This document shows positions 12,492 through 29,200 of a stretch of 45,288 nt of DNA, piece after piece. The notes beneath the pieces are model-generated. The model was given only the letters and a program-made list of their open reading frames with translations. It did not search any database and was not told the origin of the DNA. The position numbers and the translations under genes were made by a program. How positions within the stretch are numbered: position 1 is the first letter of the stretch; every line of letters begins with the position of its first letter. Source of the stretch: Macrostomum lignano (taxonomy: Eukaryota); the NCBI GenBank assembly GCA_002269645.1, contig NIVC01004454.1:1-45288 (forward strand). Reading direction: 5' to 3'.

Positions 12492-12666
12492 GAGAAAAAA
12501 AAATCAATACGCGCTTGGCGGGTCAGCGACAGCCCGCACCGCATTAAAAAACCGCCACCCAGGCCGCGGGCACGCGACCAAGGCCCGGCCCACCACCCCC
12601 GCACCAACGCACAAGAGCCACGCCCCACTGGTTTAACACCCAACCAAGCTACGCCCGGTCGGACCA
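12492..12666 (-). repeat. Split direct repeat A2 (175 bp)
   Basis: Matches 16584-16757 except for three homopolymer-length differences. Confidence 0.97.
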
Positions 12667-12727
12667 TTAAACCAGTGAGACGAAGTCAAGGCAGTTGGCA
12701 CGAGAGGCGCAGGTTCGAGCCTGGCCC
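12667..12727 (-). repeat. Split direct repeat B1 (61 bp), abutting A2
   Basis: Identical to 12349-12409. The junction reads ...GGACCA|TTAAACCAG... on the plus strand. Confidence 0.97.
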
Positions 12728-12771
12728 AACCCAAACCAGAAAGTTCGACATAGAGAGAGAGAGAGAGAGAG

Positions 12772-13815
12772 TTAGAGCGCGCCAACCCGACGAGCCAAGC
12801 CATGCACAGCCGCCCTGGCATCCGAGTCCCGAACAGATAGATAGCGAAACACTGAGTTGCCCTTCCAGTCGCCCAGCTTCTTGATCATCGGCAGTGGAAC
12901 ACCGAGCTGCATGGCTGCCGTAGCGCCGCCCCGCCGCAGCCCGTGGCCAGTGAACTCGCGTGGCGACAAACCCGCCGATGTGCAGAGCGAACGAAGCCGG
13001 CTATCAAACCTGCTAGCCGTCAGAGGCAACCATCCCGCGGACGACCACGTGGAGAACAGGTGAACCGGACGCGGCGCCTGGCCGATTCGGTTTGTCCGTA
13101 GCTGCCGCTCGAGCGCACGGAACGGACACAGGACACACAAGCTTCCATCAGGCAGTTTCGGAAGAAACACTCGCTGAACTCGATCGCCAAACTGGTTGGT
13201 CTTCGAATGCCGCACAGTGAGCTCACAGTCGTACTCTGAAAAGACGATGCTCGATGCTGCCAGGTCGCACCACAGATCGAGCTGCCCCGATTGCGTCGTC
13301 ACATTCGCTTTTCGCAGCATACCCCACCAGGCTGCCAGAACTGCTGCCCAGAACGCGATGTCACTCTTCAGACGTTGGTCCAGGTGGGCGTGTAGCTTGA
13401 GGAGATCCGCGACTCTGAATGGCTCCCTTGAGCGCTGCTGCCGACTGAGACACCGGCGAAGACCACGAAGCACCAGCTTAACCATCGGCGACTCGCACGG
13501 GTCCGGCCGGCCGAGAGCTCTGAAGTACAGCGAGACCGCGTTAGCATACGCCTGGCAACTCCGAAAGGCTGACAGCCGGGTGGACAGCTCAGCCAGGTAT
13601 TCAGCCACGTGCACAGGCTCTGCCCGCAGCGGCGTCAGGTGCCGGGAATTGCAAAATCGCAGCCAAGACGCGAGCTGCGACCGGTAACTCCGCTTCGTGC
13701 GGGGCGCGTAGGCATTGCCCAGGATAAATGCGCAACGCTTGCTGAGGCGGTCGGGAGTCTGGCGCGGAGGGCCTGTAAAATGAGAAAAACGGAGGCAGCA
13801 GGGCAGAAAGCATGG
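12772..13815 (-). CDS. Tyrosine recombinase (phage-integrase family) of the retrotransposon; open frame with no ATG start
   Basis: The frame stays open upstream of the tracked GTG as far as a TAG at 13816-13818 and includes the SAM-like N-domain (AYAPRTKRSYRSQLASWLRFC). Catalytic set intact: R (MLRKAN), K (HSKTNQ), H-x-x-R (HGLRRGG), W (GDWKG), Y (FRYL). Confidence 0.95.
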   Translation of the reverse strand, partial: PCFLPCCLRFSHFTGPPRQTPDRLSKRCAFILGNAYAPRTKRSYRSQLASWLRFCNSRHLTPLRAEPVHVAEYLAELSTRLSAFRSCQAYANAVSLYFRALGRPDPCESPMVKLVLRGLRRCLSRQQRSREPFRVADLLKLHAHLDQRLKSDIAFWAAVLAAWWGMLRKANVTTQSGQLDLWCDLAASSIVFSEYDCELTVRHSKTNQFGDRVQRVFLPKLPDGSLCVLCPFRALERQLRTNRIGQAPRPVHLFSTWSSAGWLPLTASRFDSRLRSLCTSAGLSPREFTGHGLRRGGATAAMQLGVPLPMIKKLGDWKGNSVFRYLSVRDSDARAAVHGLARRVGAL

Positions 13816-13839
13816 CTAGCGATCTCGTTAAAACAGCAG

Positions 13840-15447
13840 TCAACAGAGCCATACACCCGAAATAAAAAAATCGCGCATTTTGTCCACGGCGTGCAGCCTA
13901 GAGCACGGGTCCGCAAAGACATGGTACCAGCCAGGCACATGAAAAGCGCGCACCTCAACCCCACGCCTAACAGCAATGAGCATGGCAGTCTGGAACAGCG
14001 GCTGCAACTCAGGCTGCCGACAGCAACCTCTGTTAATCATGCCAACAGCCGCACTAGAGTCGGAGTAGACCACGACCGAACTGTCATTTAAAAAGGCACC
14101 CCAGCGAACCATAGCCAGCAGCGGAACAATAGCTTCTTTGTACGTGATATGCTTGTCTTTAAACTTTCCTCCAGCATCCAGATCCCAATTGACGTACAGC
14201 CAATCCACCATACCGCTACCATTGCGCAAAATGGCTCCGCCACCAGCACTGCTCGCATCGGTTTCGATGATCCAGCCGTTTGTGCAACTTCTCCAAAGCT
14301 GAAAATCAGGCAGCTTCAGAAGGGCACCTCGCCACCAGAGTAAAATACGCACAGTGTCAGCGGACACACGCACTTTGTGATGTGGCTTTTCCAGGGCATT
14401 AAGCAGGTCGAACAGGGGTCTTAGGAAGCAACTCCCAGCGTGCACCACCTGGACGACCCAGCTGAGCTTGCCACAAAGCGACGAAAGCTGTCGTTTCGAG
14501 AGACGCCTGCGCTGCGAAAAGTTAAGCAGTGTGGTGCGCATTTCCTCACACTTTTCCGCCGGCACACTAAGAACTCCACGGACAGTATCAATCTTCACAC
14601 CGAGATACACCAAGCATTGCGTAGGTTCAACCACTTTATTCCAATTGACACCAAAACCTAACTGGCGAACCAGCTTAATCAGCTCTTTCAGAGCATCCAT
14701 ACACTCTTTCTCGCTCTCGGCTGCAACCAGAAAATCATCCAGGTAAACCGAAATATTGGCCACGCCGCGTCGCACCATCATCCTCTTGACCGCTTGAGTA
14801 AGCCGGTAGAAAATCTCGACCGAGGCGCAGCTACCAAAGGGTAGCCGGGTGTCGACAAGCCATGTCAGATCACGGTTGCCTTTAAAACGCCAACCAATGC
14901 CGGTCGCCTGGTAATCATCCGGATGGATCGCCACGCTTCTGTAAGCTTGCGACAAGTCAAGCTTTGCCATGAACCAGCCCTTGCCGATAGAGGCTGCAAC
15001 CTTCTTGACGGACTCAAACCTGGGGCTCAGCTTCTTCGTATAGTTGTCATTTACCGAGTAGCCCGGAGGCGTGCTGCAGTCATGAATAAGTCGAGCCTTC
15101 CCGTTATCCTTGGGAATTGCTCCCAGAGGGCTGACCATCGTAGGCTTCTTAGGCACAATCAAATACCTGCCATTCTCAATCTCTTCCTTAATTTGCAGCT
15201 CAACAGCGCGATGAAAAGTAGAAGTAGACATGTAATTGGCATTAAAAGTCTCACAAAGCCCTTTGCCATCAGTAATGCGAAAACCATTTGCGATGCCGTC
15301 TAGGATAAAATTCCGATCAGGGTCATTCTCAAGCTCAGAATCCCACGAACAAAAACGCAGGCGACCCCCTGCACTGCCAACGACAGGATTGTTAAAATTT
15401 AAAGCAGGCTGAGCATTAGGCAAAATTTTAGGATTAAAACAGAGCAT
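13840..15447 (-). CDS. Reverse transcriptase / RNase H (pol), 535 aa, uninterrupted
   Basis: RT motifs RLIHDCS, KLDLSQAY, LPFG and YLDDF. RNase H motifs TDAS, KEA, SDS and ADPCSR. The frame is open upstream to 15480 and overlaps the gag end in the -1 frame. Confidence 0.96.
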   Translation of the reverse strand: MLCFNPKILPNAQPALNFNNPVVGSAGGRLRFCSWDSELENDPDRNFILDGIANGFRITDGKGLCETFNANYMSTSTFHRAVELQIKEEIENGRYLIVPKKPTMVSPLGAIPKDNGKARLIHDCSTPPGYSVNDNYTKKLSPRFESVKKVAASIGKGWFMAKLDLSQAYRSVAIHPDDYQATGIGWRFKGNRDLTWLVDTRLPFGSCASVEIFYRLTQAVKRMMVRRGVANISVYLDDFLVAAESEKECMDALKELIKLVRQLGFGVNWNKVVEPTQCLVYLGVKIDTVRGVLSVPAEKCEEMRTTLLNFSQRRRLSKRQLSSLCGKLSWVVQVVHAGSCFLRPLFDLLNALEKPHHKVRVSADTVRILLWWRGALLKLPDFQLWRSCTNGWIIETDASSAGGGAILRNGSGMVDWLYVNWDLDAGGKFKDKHITYKEAIVPLLAMVRWGAFLNDSSVVVYSDSSAAVGMINRGCCRQPELQPLFQTAMLIAVRRGVEVRAFHVPGWYHVFADPCSRLHAVDKMRDFFISGVWLC

Positions 15448-15455
15448 CGCAGACT

Positions 15456-16573
15456 TCAGTTTTTTGTCGAATGGTTGGCCTCAGGGTGGGCCTCGAAACA
15501 GATGCGGCAGACGTGCCGGAATTTGCAGCTCGACCGGAAGCACCCCCGGCGATTAAAGTGCAAGCAGATCTCTTCCCCGTCTGGCGTTCTGAGGCTCTTG
15601 GGGTCTATTGGTTTTTGAAAACGCTGCTGCCGTGGCTGGGGCAATGACTTGCTGACTCCATGGTTTGCTGGAGTTCCAGTTCTGATTAAGTGCTTAGCAA
15701 CGAGTTGGAAAGACTCCTTGCCCCATCGCATGCCAGTTTCAGCTTGCCTAGTGCGGTAGTCCTCGTCAAAACGATTCACCTGCGCCAGGCCGAAGCCCCG
15801 TCAAACAGCTCGCCAATCTGTATTGAGTAGCGTAAGTAATTCATCAAATCAGTCGTGTCGGCAGTTCCATTTCTACTAGTCACCAGGGCACCATCCTTGA
15901 TCATCTGCATCATCAGCCTGCAATTGCCTACCAAATACTGCGCTGCCGTGATGCTATCTGGATTAGGTTTTCTGCTCTTGTAAGTGATTCGGCCACCAGA
16001 ACCATTAGCCAGCACCTCTTCCTGCTCAAAGCCGTCGAGGAAATCACGAACCAGGAGAGCCTTACGTCTACCAGAAGACTCCATCCGTTCATTGGCCCTG
16101 TTCTGTGACAACAATCTGTCAAGCAGCTCATTGCCATTATCTTCTTGGTCTAATCCAGCATCATCACACCCATCAGGAAAGTAACTGGGGCCAGCAGGCT
16201 TGGCACACTCACCGCGATTCATAGGACGCGTGGATGGACACTCGCGCTGCAGATCTCCGATCTCCCTCTTGAGTTGAGCGGCTTCCTTGCGTAGCTGCAA
16301 CAGTCTGATCTCCTTCTCCGCCTTCGCGATGTCCTCGTCCAGGCCCGCCGCCGACTCCCGAGCCGCCTCCGTACTGATGTTGTCGTCTGCTTCGGCTTCT
16401 TGCTCAGATTGCTCCATGTTCTGCAACAGCGAATCTGTCCACGACTGGTCTGGGGCTGCGAGAAGGGCGCTGACAAGGTCGGCCTTGTTGCCCCGACTGC
16501 TTATGTTAGCGTGGGCACACAAGGCTTGCAGAGCCACCTTGCTCAGGTGCATAAGTTTGTCGCGGTCAGCCAT
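15456..16573 (-). CDS. Gag-like ORF1, about 372 aa, with one 1-bp frameshift near 15784
   Basis: N-terminal SAP/HeH-like motif (LMHLSKVALQALCAHANISSRGNKADLVSAL) and a coiled coil at aa ~79-110. Restoring one base (TGG nCG CAG GTG) joins the two tracked ORFs into W.QVNRFDEDYRTRQAETGMRWG, followed by a C/H zinc-finger-like tail (CLHFNRRGCFRSSCKFRHVCRICFEAH). Confidence 0.85.
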
Positions 16574-16583
16574 TGCAAAAATT

Positions 16584-16757
16584 GAGAAAAAAAATCAATA
16601 CGCGCTTGGCGGGTCAGCGACAGCCCGCACCGCATTAAAAACCGCCACCCAGGCCGCGGGCACGCGACCAAGGCCCGGCCCACCACCCCCCGCACCAACG
16701 CACAAGAGCCACGCCCCACTGGTTTAACACCCAACCAAGCTACGCCCGGTCGGACCA
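16584..16757 (-). repeat. Split direct repeat A1 (174 bp), 5' end of the element
   Basis: Matches 12492-12666 and ends 10 nt before the gag ATG. Confidence 0.97.
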
Positions 16758-17085
16758 AAAATCTTCGAAAAATCTTGCAAGACGTTGAAAATAAGATCCT
16801 CTTTAAAGCAACACTTCTATATATAGAAGCCTAGCTCGTGGTCAGCACGCAGGAATCGTGTCTCCTCTATTTTTTGTTTTTTTTCAAGATTTTTGTTCTT
16901 AATTTTTAGCGTAGCTACAGCTATAGTAACAGAATAGTGGTTTTTCGGACTTTGAGTTTTTAAACGTTTTGTTGGCATATAATTGGAAAATAGCAATATA
17001 TGTAAGCGTACTTCTTATATTAATTCGTAGTTGTTTTGTAAGAGTCGTTACATGTATAGCAGGCTTGTGAATTTAATGAGTATAT

Positions 17086-17389
17086 AATAATAATATTAAT
17101 TGATTACACTTGCCCTAGTGGGCAGATGTGCAACCGACAGCTCAGCCGCAGCTATTGCGCGGTGCATCTGAAGGCTGCGTACGGCTGTTCAGTCCAAGAA
17201 CTGGGGGGGTCGCCACACAGCCTCAATTACCCCAGCTAATGCTGGCACCCATTTTACAGCTGGGTGAACTGAAGCAATGCAGAGTTAAGTGTCGTGATCA
17301 AGGACACAGATTGTTCTGAGTGGGTCGAGAATGGAACTCCCGACGTTTCAGTCGTGAGTCCGACGCTCTAACCACTGGGCTACAGCCCC
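17086..17389 (-). mobile_element. tRNA-derived SINE, copy 1
   Basis: tRNA-like head (GGGGCTGTAGCCCAGTGGTTAGAGCG), central tgtgtccttga...acacttaactc...ctgtaaaatgggt block and an (A/T)-rich tail. Aligns with four other copies in the window. Confidence 0.9.
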
Positions 17390-18526
17390 AAAAATTATTA
17401 AAGCTTTTATTGCAATATAATATCGAAGCAGGCTGTTCGCCTAGCAGTAAACAGACAGGTACATGTCCATCTATAACGACTGATGGTACGCTCGTACATG
17501 TAAATTTTTAGTAGGTGCCCATACTACTTAAACACGCGGGTTTCCCTTCATCACTGCAGAAAGCTTTTGAAAACCCGGCATATCTGGGTGTGAAATGTTG
17601 CAATGCTCCCACGACAGCTAATTTTCACATGCCCTTTCAACATGGTAGAAAGTTGTGTCACTATGGCTCCTGACAACAACAACAACAACTAAATACATTG
17701 TCAGCCAGTCAAGCATGGAACAATGTCACAGGGCGAGTTTGAATCGAAGATAAGCCCCTCTAAACCAGAGTATTATCATCAAGCAGACTAGCTCTTTGAC
17801 TAAAAGTCCGCTTCTTAAGGGAACCACGATTTTCTGCATTTGCTACTGGAAGTAGAGCTGTGTCATATTATTATGCAATTATATTCTGTAGCTATCCCAC
17901 TTGCATCAAATATCGAATTGCAGCCTGCCTCCTTGCATTATGAATACTGAATTTTACTCTCGAGCTGCGCGGATGGCAACTCTTACTTGATCGTATTGCT
18001 CTCAGGAGTAAGGAGTATTAAAAATCGAACTGCTACACATGCTAGAGCGCATGGTAAGCCGAATAGTAAGTCGATACGCCTACGTAATGTAATGTATAGT
18101 CGCATAGACCCAACGTCGATACGCTTTTGTGGTTTCCCCCCCCCCGGCTTAAACAATTCAAGAGCATGATACTTTCTATCTGTGCTTGCTAAGAACTTGG
18201 GACAGCTGCTTTTAGTGGGGGCGTTCGCTGGCTGGGCGCGTCTCTTCCTAGCTCTTTCTTTTTTGCTCCGTGGCTTACGACCCATTCGCCTCAAGCCTTA
18301 ATGGGAGTTCTTTACTTTCCGAGTACAAAGCGGACGGGGGCTGGCTGATATTGGGAATGGCTGGGCTGCCCTACTCTTCCCAATGGTAGCGCTGTGCCCA
18401 GTGAAGGACAAGGGAATAATTAGCAGTTCAACTTGCAGTCGCTGTTGCAGGAGCCGAACCAGCCGCTGAAGAGCCCAGCCAGTGAAATTCTTAGAAACTA
18501 GATACACCATTTCGGACTTTTATTAG

Positions 18527-24559
<6,033 letters not shown>

Positions 24560-26047
24560 TGTCATGGATTAACTTCTGCGAGTTGATGTCAGTTGTGTCT
24601 GGCCCAAAGTGCATGAAACTGCATGTACATAGATTAATTCGAACTCATTAATGTTAACCGTTAATGTTTAGAAACTTCTGGAGCTCTCGTTAAGAGTCTG
24701 ATTTGCGCAATGAAATTTACTAAAACTGCTCAAAGGTACTGAAGAGCTTTGTCTGCATCTTCATTATAACTGCCGTTTTGCGTAATCCAATGTCTGAAAA
24801 TATGATTATAAAATACGAGTCGTCTGGGAGTGTCCTTCTCTCAAACTCAATTTGCTAATTGTTAAGTGGACTCGTAAAAAAACTTAGTGTGAATCCATCA
24901 TCGCTTTTTAATCTGGTAATTTCAACCAAGTTTCTCGTTTGAAATTAAATTGTACTTTTAATTCGATAAATGTAACGATGTGTATTAACAATACTAGGAA
25001 TAGAGAAGAACCACAAATAAATGAGTTACCATTACAGACGCGTCAATGTATTATGTATATATATAGTTATAGCCAAGTACAAATTCAACCCGACAGATCT
25101 GGTAGGTTTATAAAAACAACTAAGCAATATCATATAATTCTTACTCACAGCAATAGGCAGTCATATGTACAACACTGCCACAAATACACAGGGTTGGTGG
25201 CGTAGCTAAAACAATAATATATTGAATAGGAATGTTTGGGCTGAGCCATATTTATACTGATTATGTTATGTTTAATAATTGTAATTGCAGAACAGCATTG
25301 TTTTTGAGAACAGATTGTACACACAAACTCGGGACGAGCCGTAGACATAGCTCGTACGAGTATTTGGTAAAGAAACGCATTGCCAAGAGGAGGGCCAAGA
25401 GGACAATCAAGCATGCACAATCTTGTACCTACACAAAAGCAAGCCGAACCATTGCCTGTCAATGCTTCACCTACAAGAGACACAGATAGGTAGATAAAAT
25501 ACTTAACTATAGCTGAGTCATAGAGGCCAAGTGTGCTGAAGGTGAGAGATACGCAAATATAGGGCCAGGCCACTCCCGCCTTGTAAGAGCTTCCAAATTA
25601 GAGTTTGCTTGTGTGTGCACCGTGCGTTGTGTGTGTGTGTGCCATGGGAGATAGCTAAAATAGCTCTAATAGCTTTAGTCCAATCCAATATACTAAAAAG
25701 GAAGTCGACAGGTAACACGCAATTGCAACTCTTAGACGCAATCATTTAAACAAAACTTTTGTAGGAATAAAAAATTTGGCTCAAAAATTTTCCTAATTAG
25801 TATCACAAAAATGAGTAAAAGGCACAGCAGCAAACCTTAGAAACTTTGGAATGTTATATAATGTATGAAATATTGACAAAACAAAACAAGTTGGAATGTA
25901 TCAAAGTGCATTCGAGTATTAAAGTGCAAAACAGTTGCATAAACTAGGTTAACTACATGAACTTTACATTTGCAGCCTACGACTACTATTCCATAAAAAA
26001 CACAAATAAGAATCACAAGATAATGCCATATAATCAATGACAGAACA

Positions 26048-26151
26048 CATTGGAATGCTTCTATTTAACAAGACCGGCACATGTACGCAACTGGCATTGA
26101 CATTGGAATGCTTCTATTTAACAAGACCGGCACATGTACGCAACTGGCATT
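26048..26151 (+). repeat. 53-bp tandem duplication just 3' of the hillarin-like stop
   Basis: cattggaatgcttctatttaacaagaccggcacatgtacgcaactggcatt occurs at 26048 and 26101. Confidence 0.95.
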
Positions 26152-26205
26152 CACAGATTAGCACAGGGATTAATGCCAATGTTAAAGCAGAGGTTTACAC
26201 CAGGC

Positions 26206-29200
26206 TCAGGACTTACTAACATTGGACAGGCGCTGCACAATGTCATAGTCCAACAGTTTGTTAAACTTGCCATCTTCGTCGGTGTCGAACTGGCCATAGA
26301 CCGACAGCTCGCCCAGCTCTTCGCCAACGTTCAGCTTCTTGGACCAGACCCCGTTACCCGACCGGCCCTGCTGCAGGTCTATCCAGGTCTGGCCGTTCAG
26401 CACAACAGCCACCGCCCTGCAATGCTTGGCCTCCAATCTGAAGGTGTACTTTCGGCCAACGTCCAGGTGTTTCTGCATCGGGTCGTGCAGTAAGCAGCCA
26501 CTGAACAGGCTGGTCTGGTTCGGGTAAGGCGGCACCTTGCCCATGCCGCGCCGGCAGTCAATCAACAGGCGATACACACATTCCAGCTCTTCGCCGCCGC
26601 CAGCTTCGTCGTCGACACTTTCGGCCGTGGAAGCATCGCCACCGGCGCCTGCTGCTGCGGCTATCTCGGCGGCGTAGACCGTGAAGAAGTAGTAGCCGTC
26701 GGCAGGGCAGGCGATCCAGTACTCGGACTGCTGCTTACCGCGGCACTGCAGCAGCGCATAGTCGTCGCACTGTTCGGTGCTCTTGCCGGCCCGCTGGTAG
26801 CACTTCATCTGGTGAGCGATTTTCAACCCGGGCGAGAACACCAACGGCATGCGCAGCACCTCTTTGGAATTGTGCACGTAGTACGGATCCATCGGAGTTT
26901 TGGCGCCGTGCGAGGTTAAAAAGCTCACCCCGTACTTTTGTGCGGCCGGTGTAGCGCCAAGGAAGCCGACCTCCGGGTAGCGGCCGAGAGCCAGACGGTC
27001 GAAGTTGTTTTCAGCGCATTTTACCTGGCAAAATTGGTTGTTAAAGGTGTGTGCGTGTATTAAAGGCACACCTTTAATGAAGGCTGCGTACGGCTGTTCA
27101 GTCCAAGGACTGGGGGGTCGCCAAAAACATACCCCAGCTAGTGCTGGCACCCATTTTACAGCTGGATGCACTGAAGCAATGTACAGAGTTAAGTGTCTTT
27201 CTCAAGGACACAAATTGTTCCGAGTGGGTTGAGAATCGAACCCCTGACCTTTCAGTGGTAGAAGGACGCGATCGTAGAAAGCTTGCAGCTGCTCTCATAC
27301 ACACGATCAGAGTCGGGGCGCAAAACAATCTCACCTGAAAGCTAGCCGCTAATTCGTGCTCATTCGACGTCCAGTCCGGCGTGACGAACACGTTGAGAAA
27401 GTAAGTGCCCGGCTGAGCAGGCGAGGCCAGCACGTGCAGGACATCCCCGATGAGGCGCACCAGCGTCTTTCCCCGCATAGCGGACATGTCCGACCGGTTC
27501 TGCAGCTGGCAGCTGACGCCAACAAATTTAGTGAGGCCGATTTTCAAGCTGATCGGCCGTTCTGCGTCACCAAAGTGTCGTCGTATTTGCCTTTCTTTAA
27601 ACGCATTCCGGCGTTGAAGAATGGCGACTTGAGCAGCGGCAATTTCATGAAGTGGCTCAGCGCAATCGGCGAGCGCAATAATTGCCAACGCTTCTCGTCC
27701 GGATAGTGCTCAAAGATGTGCTCGTCAGGCTCTGTCAAGAAGTAGAAATTGTCGCAGCCCAGTCGAAGAGTTGTCTCGCCGCCCTGTTGACGAAGCCGAC
27801 GCCCGCCCCAGGCGACGTTGACAAAGCGCCAGCAGCCTTGGGTAGAAAATGCGGAAAATGTCCCTCGATCATACAATTGTTTTATTCAGCCCACGAAGCT
27901 TCAGGCCTATTTGTGAGTCGTTCAGAGAGTGCTATCTACTCTGATCCCTTGTTAAGCACTGCTATCTACTCTGATCCCTTGTTAAGCACTGCTATCTACT
28001 CTGATCCCTTGTTAAGCACTGCTATCTACTCTGATCCCTTGTGCACTGCTATCTACTCTGATCCCTTGTTAAGCACTGCTATCTACTCTGATCCCTTGTT
28101 AAGCACTGCTATCTACTCTGATCCCTTGTTAAGCACTGCTATCTACTCTGATCCCTTGTTAAGCACTGCTATCTACTCTGATCCCTTGTTAAGCACTGCT
28201 ATCTACTCTGATCCCTTGTTAAGCACTGCTATCTACTCTGATCCCTTGTTAGGCACTGCTATCTACTCTGATCCCTTGTTAGGCACTGCTATCTACTCAG
28301 ATCCCTTGTTAGACACTGCTATCTACTCTGATCCCTTGTTAGGCACTGCTATCTACTCTGATCCCTTGTTAAGCACTGCTATCTACTCTGATCCCTTGTT
28401 AAGCACTGCTATCTACTCTGATCCCTTGTGGGCACTGCTATCTACTCTGATCCCTTGTTAGACACTGCTATCTACTCTGATCCCTTGTTAGACACTGCTA
28501 TCTACTCTGATCCCTTGTTAGACACTGCTATCTACTCTGATCCCTTGTTAGACACTGCTATCTACTCTGATCCCTTGTTAGACACTGCTATCTACTCTGA
28601 TCCCTTGTTAGACACTGCTATCTACTCTGATCCCTTGTTATGCTACTACTCTGATCCCTTGTTAGGCACTGCTCTAATTCTCTTCTTTGATCATTTATTA
28701 TAGTCATCTGGTCATCAACTTGACGCAGTAACTCCCAACGTATAATCTCACCCTCAACATAGACGGCAGTCCAAGTATTGCGAAACATCCTGTTATCCTT
28801 GACATTCATCCCGGGCCTATAACCGGCGCCTTTAGAGTAGCCGTGCAAGATCTCGCAGTGAAAGCCGGCGTAAGCGCACATCCGTTTGAAGAGTTCGTGC
28901 GGCGAAACTTCGCCCATCTGAACGGCGCGCAGGCAGCCAATCAGAGTGGTCACCGGCGCCTGCGGATCGTAGGACAGCGGCTGGTTGGCTCGGGCCGTTA
29001 GGAAACGGAATATTGCTCGGCATTTCTCCACATCAGACTGGTAGCGGCCGCACAAGCTGTTCACCTGCTCGGCGAATGTATTACAATCCACGTCAAACAG
29101 TTCCATCACGTGATCGTCGATCGACTTCCAACCGTCCGGCGGCACCGTCTTGGACAGGCCGGGCGGCATCGGCTTCGGCGGCGGCCGCATCGCCGGCGGC

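Larger units (their letters stand above)
12349..16757 (-). mobile_element. Full-length tyrosine-recombinase retrotransposon (DIRS order, Ngaro/PAT-type split direct repeats)
   Basis: Minus-strand order is A1 (16757-16584), gag, RT/RNase H, YR, B1 (12727-12667), A2 (12666-12492), an 82-bp spacer, and B2 (12409-12349). No protease, DDE integrase or methyltransferase seen, and no TSD. Confidence 0.95.

Noticed and set aside
15776-15781. CAG|GTGAAT as the donor for the YR splice
   Set aside because: In the repaired gag frame it is phase 0 and would enter a YR-overlapping frame that stops at 13635.
12857-16727. Plus-strand ORFs antisense to gag, pol and YR
   Set aside because: They are shadow frames of GC-rich coding sequence with no motifs.
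25145-25745. Hydrophobic minus-strand ORFs as a GPCR or transporter remnant
   Set aside because: No recognisable motif, TTG/weak starts and no convincing splice structure.
27025-27171. N-terminal part of ORF 26206..27171 (MHPAVKWVP...)
   Set aside because: It is intronic SINE sequence. The real exon starts at the acceptor at 27024.
27682-28703. AIYSDPLL-repeat ORFs
   Set aside because: They are translations of the 30-bp minisatellite lying antisense in a hillarin-like intron.
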